A stretch of DNA of 64,000 bases from Felis catus. Lineage: Eukaryota. The stretch spans positions 83,206,001-83,270,000 of the forward strand of contig NC_058368.1 of assembly GCF_018350175.1 (NCBI RefSeq), in the 5' to 3' direction. Below, piece after piece: positions 1 through 13,979 of the stretch. The position numbers were made by a program, and so were the translations under genes. Numbering within the stretch: position 1 is the first letter of the stretch; each line of letters starts with the position of its first letter. The notes below the pieces were generated by a model. That model was given only the letters and a program-made list of their open reading frames with translations. It was not told where the DNA came from and did not search any database.

Positions 1-1140
1 ACAGGTATCCTTGTTTCTGACCATAGGAGAAAGGCTGTTTTTCCCCATTGAGGATGATAATAGCCATGTGTCTTCATATATGGCCTTTATGATATTGAGG
101 TATGTTGCATCTATTCCTAATTTGTTGAGGGTTTTTATCAAGAAAGGATGCTCTATTTTGCCAAGTGCCTTTTCTGCATCCATTGACGTGATCATATGGT
201 TGTTATCCTCTCTTTTATTAATGTGATGTACCACATTGACTGATTCATGAATATTGAACAACATCCCTCCATCCCAGGAATAAATCCCACTTGATCATGT
301 TGAATAATTATTTTAATGTACTGTTGAATTCTATTTGCTAGTATGTTATTGAGAATTTTTGCACCAGTGTTCATCAAAGATATTAACTTTTAGTTCTCCT
401 TTTTAATGGGGTCTTTGGTTTGAAATCAAGGTAATGGTGGCCTTGTGAAATGAGTTTGGAAGTTTTCCTTCCATTTCTATTTTTTTTTTTTTGGAATAGG
501 CAGAGAAGTATAAATATGTATCTTCTTTGAACATCTGATATAATTCCCCTAGAAAGCCATCTGGCCCAGGAATTTTATTTGTTGGGAGATTTTTGATTAC
601 TGATACATTTTCTTTGCAGTATGGGTTTGTTAAAATTTTCTATTGCTTCCTGTTTCAGTTTTGGTAGTTTTTAGGTCGAGGAATTTGTCTATTTCTTTCA
701 GATTGTCCAGGGTTTTGGCATATAATTTTAATAGTATTCTCTTATACTGTTTGTGTTTCTGGGGAATTGGTTGTGCTCTCTCCTCTTTCATTCATGATTT
801 TATCTATTTGGGTTCTTTATCCTTTCTTTGTGATAAGCCTGTCTAGAGGTTTGTCAATTTTATTAATTCTATTGAATAAATATCTCTTAGTTTCATTGAT
901 CTGTTCTACTTTTGTTGTTGTTCTTGTTTGTATATTGTTTATTTCTGCTCTAATATTTATTATTTCCCTTCCGCTGGCTGTAAGCTAATTCTTTTCAGTG
1001 TAAGGTTAGGTTGTGTATTTGAGATATTTCTTCATTTTTGATATGGGCATAAATTGCAATATACTTCCCACTTAGATGTGCCTTTGCTGCATCCCAAAAG
1101 TTTAGGACTGTCATGTTTTAATTTTAGTTTTCTTCCATTT

Positions 1141-1357
1141 ATTTGTTTAAAAAACATTTTTTAATGTTCATTTATTTTTGAGAGACAGAGCGTGAGTAGG
1201 GGAGGGGCAGAGAGAGACAGACAGACAGAATCTGAAGCAGGCTCCAGGCTCTGAGCTGTCAGCACAAAGCCTGACACAGGGCTTAAACCCACAAGCTGTG
1301 AGATCATGACCTGAGAGAAAATCAGAGACTTAACCAACTGAGCCACCCAGGCGCCCC
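1141..1357 (-). mobile_element. CAN-SINE (SINEC_Fc-like, tRNA-derived)
   Basis: Minus strand starts GGGGCGCCTGGGTGGCTCAG, with CT-rich segment and A tail. TSD cttccattt at 1132-1140 and 1357-1365. Confidence 0.95.
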
Positions 1358-1978
1358 TTCCATTTTTTTAAATCCTCTTTAATATCCTTGTTAACCCATT
1401 CATTCTTTAGTAGGATTTTCTTCAACCTCCATGTATTTGAGGGTTTCCCATTTTTTTTCTTGATGTTCACTTCAAGTTTCATAGCATTGTCTAAAAATAT
1501 GCATGGCATATTGGGATGATTTGCAACTCAGGATGTGATCTATTCTGGAGAGTGTTCCATGTGCATCCCAACAGAATGTGTACTCTTCTGCTTTAGGATG
1601 AAATATTAAGAATATATCTGTTAAGTCCATCTGGTCCAGTGTATCATCCAAAGCCATTGTTTCCTTAGTGGTTTTCTGCTTCAATGATCTGTCCATTGTT
1701 GTAAGTGAGGTGTTAAAGTCCCCTACTATTATCGTATTATCAATGTGCTTTTTTACATTTATCATTAATTCATTTATGTATTTGGGTTCTCTGAAGGTGG
1801 GGGCATAAATATTTATAATTGTTAGACTTCTTGATAGATAGGTCCTTTAATTATGATACGTTGTCCTTCGTTGTCTCTTGCTATAGTCTGGTTTAAAAAT
1901 AGTTGATGTAAGTATAGCAACTCCAGCTTTCTTTTGACATAAATTAGCATGATAAGCGGTTCTCTATCCCCTCACTTT

Positions 1979-2205
1979 TTTTAATTTTCAAAATTTAGTT
2001 ATTTATTGAGAGACAGAGAAAAAGAGAGAGAGAGAGAGTCAGCGGGGGAGGGACAGACACAGAAGGAAATAAAGAGAATCCCAGGCATGGTATGCACTGT
2101 CAGCACAGAGCCGGATGCAGCACTCAAACCCGCAAACTGTGAGATCATGACCCTAGCTGAAATCAAGAGTCAGACATTTAACTGACTGAGCCACACAGGT
2201 GCCTC
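1979..2205 (-). mobile_element. CAN-SINE, older and diverged
   Basis: SINE head, (CT)n and A tail on the minus strand. TSD tcccctcacttt at 1967-1978 and 2206-2217. Confidence 0.93.
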
Positions 2206-4089
2206 TCCCCTCACTTTCAGTATGCGGATGACTTAAGGTCTAAAATGGGTATCCTGTAGGCAGCATAGAGATGGATATTTTTTATCCATTATCACACCCT
2301 ATATCTTTTGATTGGATCATTTAGGCCATTTATATTCACAGTGATTATTGAATGCATGAATTTAGTTCCATTATGTTGTCTATAGAGCTGGAGTTTCTGG
2401 TGATGTTCTTTGGTCCTTTTTAGTCTTTGTTGCTTTGGTCTATTTTCCTCCACTTAAAGAGTTCCCCTTAAAAATTTTTGCAGGGCTGTTTTAGTGGTCA
2501 TTAACTACTTTAGATTTTCTTTGGGAAAATCTTTACCTCTTCTTCTTTTCTGAAAGACAGCCTTTCTGGATAAAGAATTCTTGGCTGTATATTTTTCCCA
2601 TTCAGCAAGCTGAATATATCCTGCCACTTCTTTCTGACGTGCCAAGTTTCTTTAGACAGATCTGCTGTGAATCTGATTTGTCTTCTCTTGTATTTTATGG
2701 CTTTTATTCTCTTGCTGCTTTCAGAATTCTTTCTTTGTGTACTTTGTGAATTTGACTATATGTATTGGCAAGTTTAGCTTTTTTTTTAAAATTTAATGGA
2801 AGTTCTCTGTGCTTCTTATATTTTGATTCAGTTTCCTTCCTCAGTTGAGAGATGTTTTATGCTATAATTTACTCAGCTAAATATTCTTCCCCCTTTTCTC
2901 TCTCTTCATCTTCTGGTACTCCTATTATATGAATTTTATTTCATTTTAATAAGCTGCTGAGTTCCCTCAGTCTACCTTCATCTCCCCATATGTTTATTTC
3001 TCTCTTCTTTTAAGCTTCATTATTTTCCATAATTTTATCTTCTATATCAGTGATTTATTCCTCTGTTTCATCCATCCTAATTTTTATGGACTCCATATGG
3101 GCTTGAATCTCAGTTATATAATTTTTAACTTCAGTCAGACTCGATTTTAGAGTTTTTATCTCTGCAGAAAGGGATTCTCTAGAGTCTTCTCTACATTTTT
3201 CAAGTCCAGCTGGTATCCTTATAGTTCTTGCTTTAAATTCTAGTTTAGACATCTTTCTTATATCTGTATTGACTAAATCCCTGGCCATGATATCTCCTTC
3301 CTGATCTTTCTTTTCACATGAATTTTTCCCTCTGTCCAGAAATTAAAAGAAGAAAGGGGGGAAAAAACAATGACAAAACACTAAAACTAGATTCTGGGTG
3401 TGTTTTGATATGGTTGTTAAAAGAATCTAGATCCAAAAAGAAAAGGAAAAAAAAAAGGAAAAAAAGAAGAAAAGAAAAAAGTTAAAGATAAATGATATAC
3501 ATGAATTAAAATTAAAATAATAAAAATTTTAAAAGGAATTAAAAAGATAAAATACATGACAAATAAGGAAATAAAAAAGAATAAATATAACAAGGAGGCT
3601 AGTTCCTATTTCCTTTAGAGTTGAAGCTTTGCAGTACTTTATGATCAATGAGTTGTTTATGCTGGTCTTCCAGGGGAGCATCCTGTTGCACTGATTCTCA
3701 GTTGGTTTTTCTTGTGGTTGTGAAAATATCCAGGGTGCTGAGTGGTGTGGCTTGATGTAGGTGGCTCTTTCCTCCACTCGGTAGTGTTCTTTTGCTCCTT
3801 GAAGGCTTTCAGTGCTGATGAGTAGGATGTATATGGTGGTGCTCCTCTCTCCTGTCCAGGAACTGACTGTTTCCCCACTATTCAGGGAACATTACAGAAG
3901 ACCAATAGATCACCCCTATTGTGTCCCCGTTTTCCATAAGAAACCTGTATCCACCCTTCCTATACCCAGCCTTTATTACCTCAGGCACAAAACAGAATTT
4001 GAAAACTCCAGATTTTAGGGAATCCAGTGACATGGACTCATGCTGTTCCTCTTGAGGAGGAGCTTTTCAAGCTTTTGCTGTCTGATGAT

Positions 4090-7000
4090 ATTGCCTTTGG
4101 TGCAATTTTAAATGGACTGATTTCTTAATTTCTTTTTCTGGTATTTCACATTGGTGTATAGATATGCAACGGATTTATGTATATTGATTTTATATACTAT
4201 GACTTACTGAACTCATTTATCAATTTTAGCAATTTTTTGGTGGAGTCTCTCAGGTTCTCAACATAATGTATTATGTTATATGTCAATAGTTAAAGTTTGA
4301 CTTCTTCCTTGCTGATTTGGATGTCTTTTATTTCTTTTTGTTTTGTTATTGCTGTGCCTATGGCATCCAGTACTATGCTAAATAACAGTGGTGATAGGGG
4401 ACCTCATTGTCTTGTTCCTGACCATAAAGTAAACCTCTCAGTTTTCCACCATTGAGGATGATATAAGCCTTGGGTTTTTTATGTATGCCTTCTATTATTT
4501 TGAGGTATGTTCCATCTAATGCTACTTTGTTGAGGGATTTTGTCAATAATAGATGTTATACTTTGTCAAATGCTTTTTCTACATTTACTAAAATGATCAT
4601 GTTTCTTATCCTTTCTTTTAATAATGTGGTGTACTGATAATATTGAGTCAGGTTTGGCTGAAAAGAATGTATACTTTTCTGTTTTATAATGGAATGTTCT
4701 GAATATATCTGTTAAGTCCATCTCATCTAGTGTGCCATTCAAAGGCATTGTTTCCTTGTTGATTTTCTGTTCAATCAGTCCATTGATATAAGTGTGGTGT
4801 GAAACTCTCTTACTATTATTGTACTATAATCAGTTTCTTTATGTTTGTTACTAGCTGATATATTGAGGAATTCCCATGTTGGTTGCATAAATATCCAGTT
4901 GTTAGATATGATTGTTGGATTGCTTCCTTTAAAATGATGTAGTGCCTTTTTTTACATCTTGTGACAATCTTTGCATTAAGGTCTAGTTTTCCTGACATAG
5001 GTATTGCTGCTCCAGCTTTCATTTGAAACCATTTCCATGATAAATGTTTCTCCATTCCCTCACTTTCAATATACAGTTGTGCTTGGCTCTGAATGGATTC
5101 TTCTGTAGGTAACATATAGATGGGTCTTTCTTTTTTTGTTTGTTTGCTTTTCATCCATTCTAACACATTAAGTATTTTCATTGGAGCATTTAAGCAATTT
5201 ACATTCAAAGTAACTATTGATAGATATGTATTTCTTGTCATTATATGGATTTTTTTCCATTTTTTCTGGAGGTTTTCTCTGAACATTTCTTGTCTTTTTA
5301 ACTTGACTCTGCTTTGTACTCAGAGTCCCCTTTAATATTCTTGTGGTGCTGGTCACACAAGAGTAGTGGTCACAAACTCTTTGTTTTTGTTTTTCTGGTA
5401 ACTTTTTACCTTTATTTTTATTCTGAATGACAGTCTTTCTGGATAGATCATTCTTGACTGCAGATTTTCCCCCTCCAGCACTTTGAATGTATCATGCCAA
5501 TCCCTTCTGGCTTGCCAATTTTCTGTTGAGAAATCTGCAACTACTTTTATGGGTCATCCATTGCAAGTTAAGGACTACTTTTGTCTTTATTTACTTATTT
5601 ATTTATTTTTAGGATTTTATCCTTATCAGTATATTTTGTAAATGTAATTACAATATGTATTGGTGTTGACCTGCTTTTGTTGATTTTGTTGGGAGTTCTC
5701 TATGCCTCCTGACTTTGGATGTCTGTTTCCTTTCCCAGATTATGGAAATTTTCAGCTATTATTTCTTCATATAAATTTTCTGCTCCCTTTTCTCTCTCTT
5801 CTTCTTCTGGGATTCCTATAATACAAATGTTATTACATTTGATGGAATCACTGAGTTCCCTAAAACTATTCTTCTGTTCCATAATTCTTTCTGCTCTCTT
5901 TTGTTCAGCCACATTATTTTTCATTATTTTGTCTTCTATGTCATTAATTCATTCCCTTGCTTCTTCCATCCTGATGCTCATTGCAACAAGTCTGTTTCCA
6001 ATATCATTTGTTGCATTCTTCATCTCTCATTAAAACTTTTTAACTCATATCTCTATAGTAAGGGTTTCTCTAATGTCTTCTATTGTTTTTTCAAGCCCAC
6101 TTAGTATATTTTATTGCTTTAAATTCTCCATCAGGCATGTTACTTATATCATTTTTGCCTAGATCTCTGTTTATGGTTTTATCGTGTTGATTCACTTGGG
6201 ATTAATTCCTCTTTTGGCATTTTTTTCTAAGTCTCCTTTTCTTTTCTGTTAGAAAATCCAGTTATATCTCCTGTTCCTGAAACGAATGGTCTTAGGAAGA
6301 AGTCATGCAGTGACCAGGGACTGGAACTTTAGAAACTGTCTCTGGTGTGTGCTCCATGGAATTTGACGTTGTGTTTTGACTGATCTATTCCACATTATCA
6401 GCCATCTGCAAAAGATCTCCTTGCTTATTATGGACAGTGTTTGGTCCCTTGCATGAATGTGGCAAGTTTTAACTATGTATGTTCTGGTCCTTTTGTGATA
6501 TAAGACCTGAAACACACTCACCAGAACTGAGGCCCTGACTAACTCTTGTAAGGAGACATGGTGTGGCCAGGGCTTTGTTTTGGTTTACTGGGAGTGGGCT
6601 GCCATACTCATACTGAGGTACACTTGACTGAGAAGGACAGCCCAGCCAGAGGGCAGGTGAGTGAGGTTTAGTGTAAACAAGTTAGGCAGCCAGTGTGGGT
6701 GCTAAGCACTTTCCCAAAGGTGTGCTGTGTTTATGGTGAGAGGCTGGGGGAGCAAGAATAGCACCAGCCACCTCCTTTGTTTCTAAAGAGGCATCTGTGT
6801 GAATGCTGACTCACAGGGAAGCACTCTGAAAAGCACGAATAATCTCCTTGTGTGCTCCAGGCATTCTTCAGATTACTGGTTCCATGCCCTGTGCCCAGGC
6901 AGATTTGCCTGCCTTCTCTCCAGGATCAGGGCAGTACCCTCAGGAGTCTACCCAAGCTAAACCTAAGACCTTTAATATTTCAGGCTTTAAGTCCTGCTGG

Positions 7001-7350
7001 TTGCAAGAACTCACAAATATTAGACCTTATCATTTTCCAAGCCAATGGCTTTGGAGAAAGATTCATTTTGTGCATTCCTATGTGTGGTCCTTTCACTCTT
7101 GCCCTCATCCAAGATGATAACTTCCTCCCCTCTGTAACAACCATGATCTATTTCTCCACTATACCACATCTCCACACTTCCTACCTTTTAAACTGTGGCC
7201 TCATCTCTCCCTTTAGTAGTGGGATTTGTTCTGTCAGCGTTTAGGTTGATTTGTTAGAAATTTAGGATGATTTTATAGTTATTCAGTTCTGTTTGTGGGA
7301 GGAGACAAGTCTAGGTTCCTCCTAATTTGAATTCATTTTCCAGACTCCTC
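4090..7350 (-). mobile_element. Degenerate LINE-1 (5'UTR, ORF1, EN, then an internal deletion joining EN to the RT region)
   Basis: ORF1 motif RELSDSIKCNNICIIGIPEEEE (5700-5924), ORF2 start YLSIVTLNVN (4816-5286), [14 protein letters not shown] (4566-4748). RT-region sequence at 4090-4633. Confidence 0.88.
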
Positions 7351-7354
7351 TGCA

Positions 7355-8243
7355 TTCATCTTTAATCAAAAGTGTGTTTGTTTTAAATAACATATTGTTG
7401 GGTATTTATTTTCCTCTTTTTATTCATTCCCCCTTTGATCTTTGATTGAAACATTCAGACCACGTACATTTAAATTAATTATTGAAAACATTTAATTAGT
7501 TATTGATAGGTGTGTACCTATTGCCATTTTGTGTATTGATTTATGATCCTTTTCATAGTCTTTCTTTTTTTCCATTCTTTTTTTCCTCTATTTCATTGTA
7601 ATTTGGGGAATTTTTAATCTTACAATTGGCTTTCTTTCTCTTTGTTTTGTCTATGTATTATAGTTTTTTGGTTTGTTTTACCATGAGGATGATATACAAT
7701 TTTATAAGTATATAACAGTCTATATTAAGTTCATGGTCACTTAAGTTTGGACACATTCTAGAAGAACTTTGTAAATTCGTTCTTCAATGTTTTAATATAT
7801 GCTGTTATTTTACATTAAAAAATTTTTTTTAATGTTCATTTATTTTTGAGACAGAGAGAGACAGAGCATGAGCAGGGGAGGGGCAGAGAGAGAGGGAGAC
7901 ACAGAATCCGAAACATCTCCAGGTTCTGAGCTGTCAGCACAGAGCCTGATGTGGGGCTCGAACTCACAGACCGCGAGATCATGACCTGAGCTGAAGTCGG
8001 ACTTTCAACCAACTGAGCCACCCAGGCACCCCGTTATTTTACATTTTTATTCATAATTTTATCACTTCTATTTATATTTTCATAGTCTTAAGTAAATCTC
8101 TTTAATACATCCTGTAATTCCAGTTTTTTTGTAATAAACTCTTTTAACTTTTGCTTGTCTGGAAAATAATTTATGTCATCTTCATTTCTAAGTCATAACA
8201 TTGCTAGGGAGAGTATTACTGGTGATAGGTTTTATTTTCAGCA
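7355..8243 (-). mobile_element. Old, highly diverged LINE-1 fragment (ORF1 end, inter-ORF, ORF2 start)
   Basis: Minus strand resembles an L1 ORF2 start (aataattaatttaaatgtacgtggtctgaatgtttcaatcaaagat) and an ORF1 end (ttttccagacaagcaaaagttaaaagagtttattac). Confidence 0.65.
7817..8032 (-). mobile_element. CAN-SINE (SINEC_Fc-like)
   Basis: Typical head, body and tail. TSD gttattttacatt at 7804-7816 and 8033-8045. Confidence 0.95.
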
Positions 8244-8333
8244 CCAGGATCAAGGGCAAAATGTAGAAACCCATAATGCACAAGTGGATATTAATCCAGA
8301 TATATCAATAATTGATTTAAATGTCCATGGTCA

Positions 8334-9264
8334 GAGACTGGGAAGAAGATGGCGGCATAGGAGGACTCTGGGCTCACCGCGCGTCCTGCTGATCACTTAG
8401 ATTCCACATACACCTGCCTAAATAATCCAGAAAACTGCCAGAGGATTAGCAGAATGGAGTCTCCAGAGCCAAGTGCAGACAAGAGGCCCACGGAAGAGGG
8501 TAGGAAGGGAGGCGAGGTGGTGTGCACTCCACGGACTGGCGGGAGGGAGCCGGGGCAGAGGGGTGGCTCCCCGGCCAATCAGAGCCCCAGAGTCTGGCTT
8601 GCAAAAACGGAGGGGCCGGACAGACGGAGTGTGTTCTGACAGCAAGCACGACTTAGCCTCTGGGAGGTCATAAGTTAACAGCTCTGCTCGGAAAGCAGGA
8701 AGGCTGGAGGACAAAGGACGGAGAGCTGTTGAGCCCCCAGAGGACAGAGCTCAGTTTGGTGGGGAACAAAGGCACTCGCCAGCGCCATCTCCCCCGCCCA
8801 TCCCCCAGCCAAAATCCCAAAGAGAACCAGTTCCTGCCAGGGAACTTGCTCGCTCCTCGCAAACACCCAACTCTGTGCTTCCACGGAGCCAAACCTCCAG
8901 CAGCGGATCTGACTCCCTCCTGCTGCCACAGGGCCCCTCCTGAAGTGGATCACCTAAGGAGAAGTGAGCTAAGCCTGCCCCTCCTGCCCCCGTGCACATT
9001 GCCTACCCACCCCAGCTACTACGCCAGATCCCCAGCACCACAAACCTGGCAGTGTGCAAGTAGCCCACAAGGGCCGCCACCCCACAGTGAATCCCGCCCC
9101 TAGGAGAGGGGAAGAGAAGGCCCACACCGGCCTGACTGTGGCCCCAGCAGTGGGCTGGGGGCAGACATCAGGACTGACTGCGGCCCTGCCCACCAATTCC
9201 AGTTCTACACCACAGCACAGAGGAAGGGCCCTGCAGGTCCTCACCACTCCAGGGACTATCCAAA
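8334..9264 (+). promoter_or_regulatory. L1 5'UTR with internal Pol II promoter, CpG-rich
   Basis: Begins with an AAGATGGCGGC YY1-type motif near the L1 5' end. Retains many CpGs against a CpG-poor background. Promoter function is inferred from general L1 biology. Confidence 0.75.
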
Positions 9265-10158
9265 ATGACCAAACGGAAGAATTCCCCTCAAAAGAATCTC
9301 CAGGAAATAACAACAGCTAATGAACTGACCAAAAAGGATTTAAATAACATAACAGAAAGTGAATTTAGAATAATAGTCATAAAATTAATCACTGGGCTTG
9401 AAAACAGTATAGAGGACAGCAGAGAATCTCTTGCTACAGAGATCAAGGGACTAAGGAACAGTCACGAGGAGCTGAAAAGCGTTTTAAACAAAATGCAAAA
9501 CAAAATGGAAACGATGACAGCTCGGATTGAAGAGGCAGGGGAGAGAATAGGTGAACTAGAAGATAAAGTTAGGGAAAAAGAGGAAGCTGAGAGAAAGAGA
9601 GACAAAAAAAATCCAGGAGTATGAGGGGAAAATTAGAAACTAAGTGATACACTAAAAAGAAATAATGTACGCAAAATTGGTATCCCAGAGGAGGAAGAGA
9701 GAGGGGAAGGTGCTGAAGGGGAACTTGAAGAAATTAGAGCTAAGAACTTCCCTGATCTGGGGAAGGAAAAAGGCATTGAAATCCAAGAGGCACAGAGAAC
9801 TCCCTTCAGACGTAACTTGAATCGATCTTCTGCACGACATATCATAGTGGAAGTGGCAAAATACAAGGATAAACAGAAAATTCTGAAAGCAGCAAGGGAT
9901 AAACGTGCCCTCACATATAAAGGGAGACCTATAAGACTCGTGACTGATCTCTCTTTTGAAACTTGGCAGGCCAGAAAGGATTGGCACGATATTTTCAGTT
10001 TGCTAAACAGGAAAAATATGCAGCCGAGAATCCTTTATCCAGCAAGTCTGTCATTTAGAATAGAAGGAGAGATAAAGGTCTTCCCAAACAAACAAAAACT
10101 GAAGGAATTTGCCACCACTAAACCAGCCCTACAAGAGATCCTAAGGGGGATCCTGTGA
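9265..10158 (+). pseudogene. L1 ORF1p (RNA-binding, coiled-coil), disrupted
   Basis: MTKRKNSPQK...PALQEILRGIL. An extra A near 9611 gives a stop at 9622-9624, and a 1-bp loss near 9637 restores the frame. Confidence 0.93.
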
Positions 10159-10208
10159 GACAAAGTACCAGAGACATCACTACAAGCATAAAACATACAG
10201 ATATCACA

Positions 10209-13200
10209 ATGACTCTAACCAGTATCTTTCTATAATAACACTGAATGTAAATGGATTAAATGCACCAACCAAAAGACATAGGGTATCAGAGTGGATAAAA
10301 AAAAAAACAAGACCCATCTATTTGCTGTCTACAAGAGACTCATTTTAGACCTGAGGACACCTTTAGATTGAGAGTGAGGGGATGGAGAACTATTTATCAT
10401 GCTACTGGAAGCCAAAAGAAAGCTGGAGTAGCCATACTTATATCAGACAAACTAGACTTTAAATTAAAGGCTGTAACAAGAGATGAAGAAAGACATTATA
10501 TAATAATTACAGGGTCTATCCATCAGGAAGAGCTAACAAGTATAAATGTCTATGTGCCGAATACTGGAGCCCCTAAATATATAAAACAATTACTCATAAA
10601 CATAAGCAACCTTATTGATAAGAATGTGGTAATTGCAGGGGACTTTAATACCCCACTTACAGAAATGGATAGATCATCTAGACACACGGTCAATAAAGAA
10701 ACAAGGGCCCTGAATGATACATTGGATCAGATGGACTTGACAGATATATTTAGAACTCTGCATCCCAAAGCAACAGAATATACTTTCTTCTCGAGTGCAC
10801 ATGGAACATTCTCCAAGATAGATCATATACTGGGTCACAAAACAGCCCTTCATAAGTTTACAAGAATTGAAATGATAGCATGCATACTTTCAGACCACAA
10901 TTCTATGAAGCTTGACATAAACCACAGGAAAAAGTCGGGAAAACCTCCAAAAGCATGGAGGTTAAAGAACACCCTATTAACGAATGAGTGGGTCAACCAG
11001 GCAATTAGAGAAAAAATTAAAAAATATATGGAAACAAACGAAAATAACAATACAACAATCCAAACGCTTTGGGACGCAGCGAAGGCAGTCCTGAGAGGAA
11101 AATATATTGCAATCCAGGCCTATCTCAAGAAACAAGAAAAATCCCAAATACAAAATCTAACAGCACACCTAAAGGAAATAGAAGCAGAAGAGCAAAGGCA
11201 GCCTAAACCCAGCAGAAGAGAAATAATAAAAATCAGAGCAGAAATAAACAATAAAAAAATAAACAAAATTGATAAACCCCTAGACAGGCTTCTCAAAAAG
11301 AAAAGGGAGATGACCCAAATAGATAAAATCATGAATGAAAATGGAATGATTACAACCAATCCCTCAGAGATGCAAACAATTATCAGGGAATACTATGAAA
11401 AATTATATGCCAACAAATTGGACAACCTGGACGAAATGGACAAATTCATAAACACCCACAATCTTCCAAAACTCAATCAGGAGGAAATAGAAAGCTTGAA
11501 CAGACCCATAACCAGCGAAGAAATTGAATCGGTTATCAAAAATCTCCCAACAAATAAGAGTCCAGGACCAGATGGCTTCCCAGGGGAGTTCTACCAGACG
11601 TTTAAAGCAGAGATAATACCTATCCTTCTCAAGCTATTCCGAGAAATAGAAAGGGAAGGAAAACTTCCAGACTCATTCTATGAAGCCAGTATTACTTTGA
11701 TTCCCAAACCAGACAGAGACCCAGTAAAAAAAGAGAACTACAGGCCAATATCCTTGATGAATATGGATGCAAAAATTCTCAATAAGATACTAGCAAATCG
11801 AATTCAACGGCATATAAAAAGAATTATTCACCATGATCAAGTGGGATTCATTCCTGGGATGCAGGGCTGGTTCAACATTCGCAAATCAATCAACGTGATA
11901 CATCACATTAACCAAAAAAAAGAGAGAAGAACCATATGATCCTGTCAATCGATGCAGAAAAGGGCTTTGACAAAATCCAGCACCCTTTCTTAGTAAAAAC
12001 CCTTGAGAAAGTCGGGATAGAAAGAACATACTTAAACATCATAAAAGCCATTTATGAAAAGCCCAGAGCTAACATCATCCTCAACAGGGAAAAACTGAGA
12101 GCTTTTTCCCTGAGATCAGGAACACGACAGGGATGCCCACTCTCACCGCTGTTGTTTAACATAGTGCTGGAAGTTCTAGCATCAGCAATCAGACAACAAA
12201 AGGAAATCAAAGGCATCAAAATTGGCAAAGATGAAATCAAGCTTTCGCTTTTTGCAGATGACATGACCTTATACATGGAAAATCCGATAGACTCCACCAA
12301 AAGTCTGCTAGAACGGATACATGAATTCAGCAAAGTTGCAGGATACAAAATCAATGTACAGAAATCAGTTGCATTCTTATACACTAACAATGAAGCAACA
12401 GAAAGACAAATAAAGAAACTGATCCCATTCACATTTGCACCAAGAAGCATAAAATACCTAGGAATAAATCTAACCAAAGATGTAAAAGATCTGTATTCTG
12501 AAAACTATAGAAAGCTTATGAAGGTAATTGAAGAAGATTTAAAGAAATGGAAAGACATTCCCTGCTCATGGATTGGAAGAATAAACATTGTCAAAATGTC
12601 AATACTACCCAAAGCTATCTACACATTCAATGCGATCCCAATCAAAATTGCACCAGCATTCTTCTCAAAACTAGAACAAGCAATCCTAAAATTCATATGG
12701 AACCACAAAAGGCCCCGAAGAGCCAAAGGAATTTTGAAGAAGAAGACCAAAGCAGGAGGCATCACAATCCCAGACTTTAGCCTCTACTACAAAGCTGTCG
12801 TCATCAAGACAGCATGGTATTGGCACAAAAACAGACACATAGACCAATGGAATAGAATCGAAACCCCAGAACTAGACACACAAACGTATGGCCAACTAAT
12901 CTTTGACAAAGCTGGAAAGAACATCCAATGGAAAAAAGACAGTCTCTTTAACAAATGGTGCTGGGAGAACTGGACAGCAACTTGCAGAAGGTTGAAACTA
13001 GACGACTTTCTCACACCATTCACAAAAATAAATTCAAAATGGATAAAGGACCTGAATGTGAGACAGGAAACCATCAAAATCTTAGAGGAGAAAGCAGGAA
13101 AAGACCTCTCTGACCTCAGCCGTAGCAATCTCTTACTCGACACATCCCCAAAGGCAAGGGAATTAAAAGCAAAGTGAATTACTGGGACCTTATGAAGATA

Positions 13201-13979
13201 AAAACTTCTGCATGGCAAAGGAAACAACCAACAAAACTAAAAGGCAACCAACGGAATGGGAAAAGATATTTGCAAATGACATATCGGACAAAGGGCTAGT
13301 ATCCAAAATCTATGAAGAGCTCAGCAAACTCCACACCTGCAAAACAAATAACCCAGTGAAGAAATGGGCAGAAAACATGAATAGACACTTCTCTAAAGAA
13401 GACATCCGGATGGCCAATAGGCACATGAAATCATTTTCAACGTTGCTCCTTATCAGGGAAATACAAATCAAAACCACACTCAGATATCACCTCACGCCAG
13501 TCAGAGTGGCCAAAATGAACAAATCAGGAGATTATAGATGCTGGGGAGGATGTGGAGAAATGGGAACCCTCTTGCACTGTTGGTGGGAATGCAAATTGTT
13601 GCAGCCGCTCTGGAAAGCAGTGTGGAGGTTCCTCAGAAAATTAAAAATAGACCTACCCTATGACCCAGTAATAGCACTGCTAGGAATTTACCCAAGGGAT
13701 ACAGGAGTGCTGATGCATAGGGGCACTTGTACCCCAATGTTTATAGCAGCACTCTCAACAATAGCCAAATTATGGAAAGAGCCTAAATGTCCATCAACTG
13801 ATGAATGGATAAAGAAATTGTGGTTTATATACACAATGGAATACTATGTGGCAATGAGAAAGAATGAAATATGGCCCTTTGTAGCAACGTGGATGGAACT
13901 GGAGAGTGTGATGCTAAGTGAAATAAGCCATACAGAGAAAGACAGATACCATATGTTTTCACTCTTATGTGGATCCTGA
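10209..13979 (+). pseudogene. L1 ORF2p (APE endonuclease, reverse transcriptase, C-terminal domain), frameshifted
   Basis: EN motifs AGDFNTPL and SDHN, RT motifs QGCPLSP and FADD, C-terminal HCWWECK. Split into ORFs 10368-11939, 11936-13177 and 13212-13979. Confidence 0.95.

Larger units (their letters stand above)
1..4085 (-). mobile_element. Degenerate LINE-1 (part of 5'UTR, ORF1, and ORF2 EN to RT start), running off the left edge
   Basis: Minus-strand ORF fragments match L1 proteins: [20 protein letters not shown] (192-377), [17 protein letters not shown] (1472-1765), ORF1 coiled-coil start (3055-3288). Many stops and frameshifts. Interrupted by two SINEs. Confidence 0.9.

Noticed and set aside
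1161..1346. Family of small ORFs beginning MAQLV/MAQSV (also 7836, 34409, 41346, 58251)
   Set aside because: These are translations of CAN-SINE bodies, not genes.
8393..9320. Cluster of overlapping 60-124 aa ORFs on both strands, also at 27932-28694, as possible ORF0-like genes
   Set aside because: They lie in GC-rich L1 5'UTRs where stops are rare, most start at non-ATG codons, and their extents differ between the two sister copies.
12052..13227. Recurrent hydrophobic ORFs ([14 protein letters not shown]..., [14 protein letters not shown]...) seen three times in the window
   Set aside because: They are antisense shadows of L1 ORF2, and their recurrence simply follows the L1 copies.
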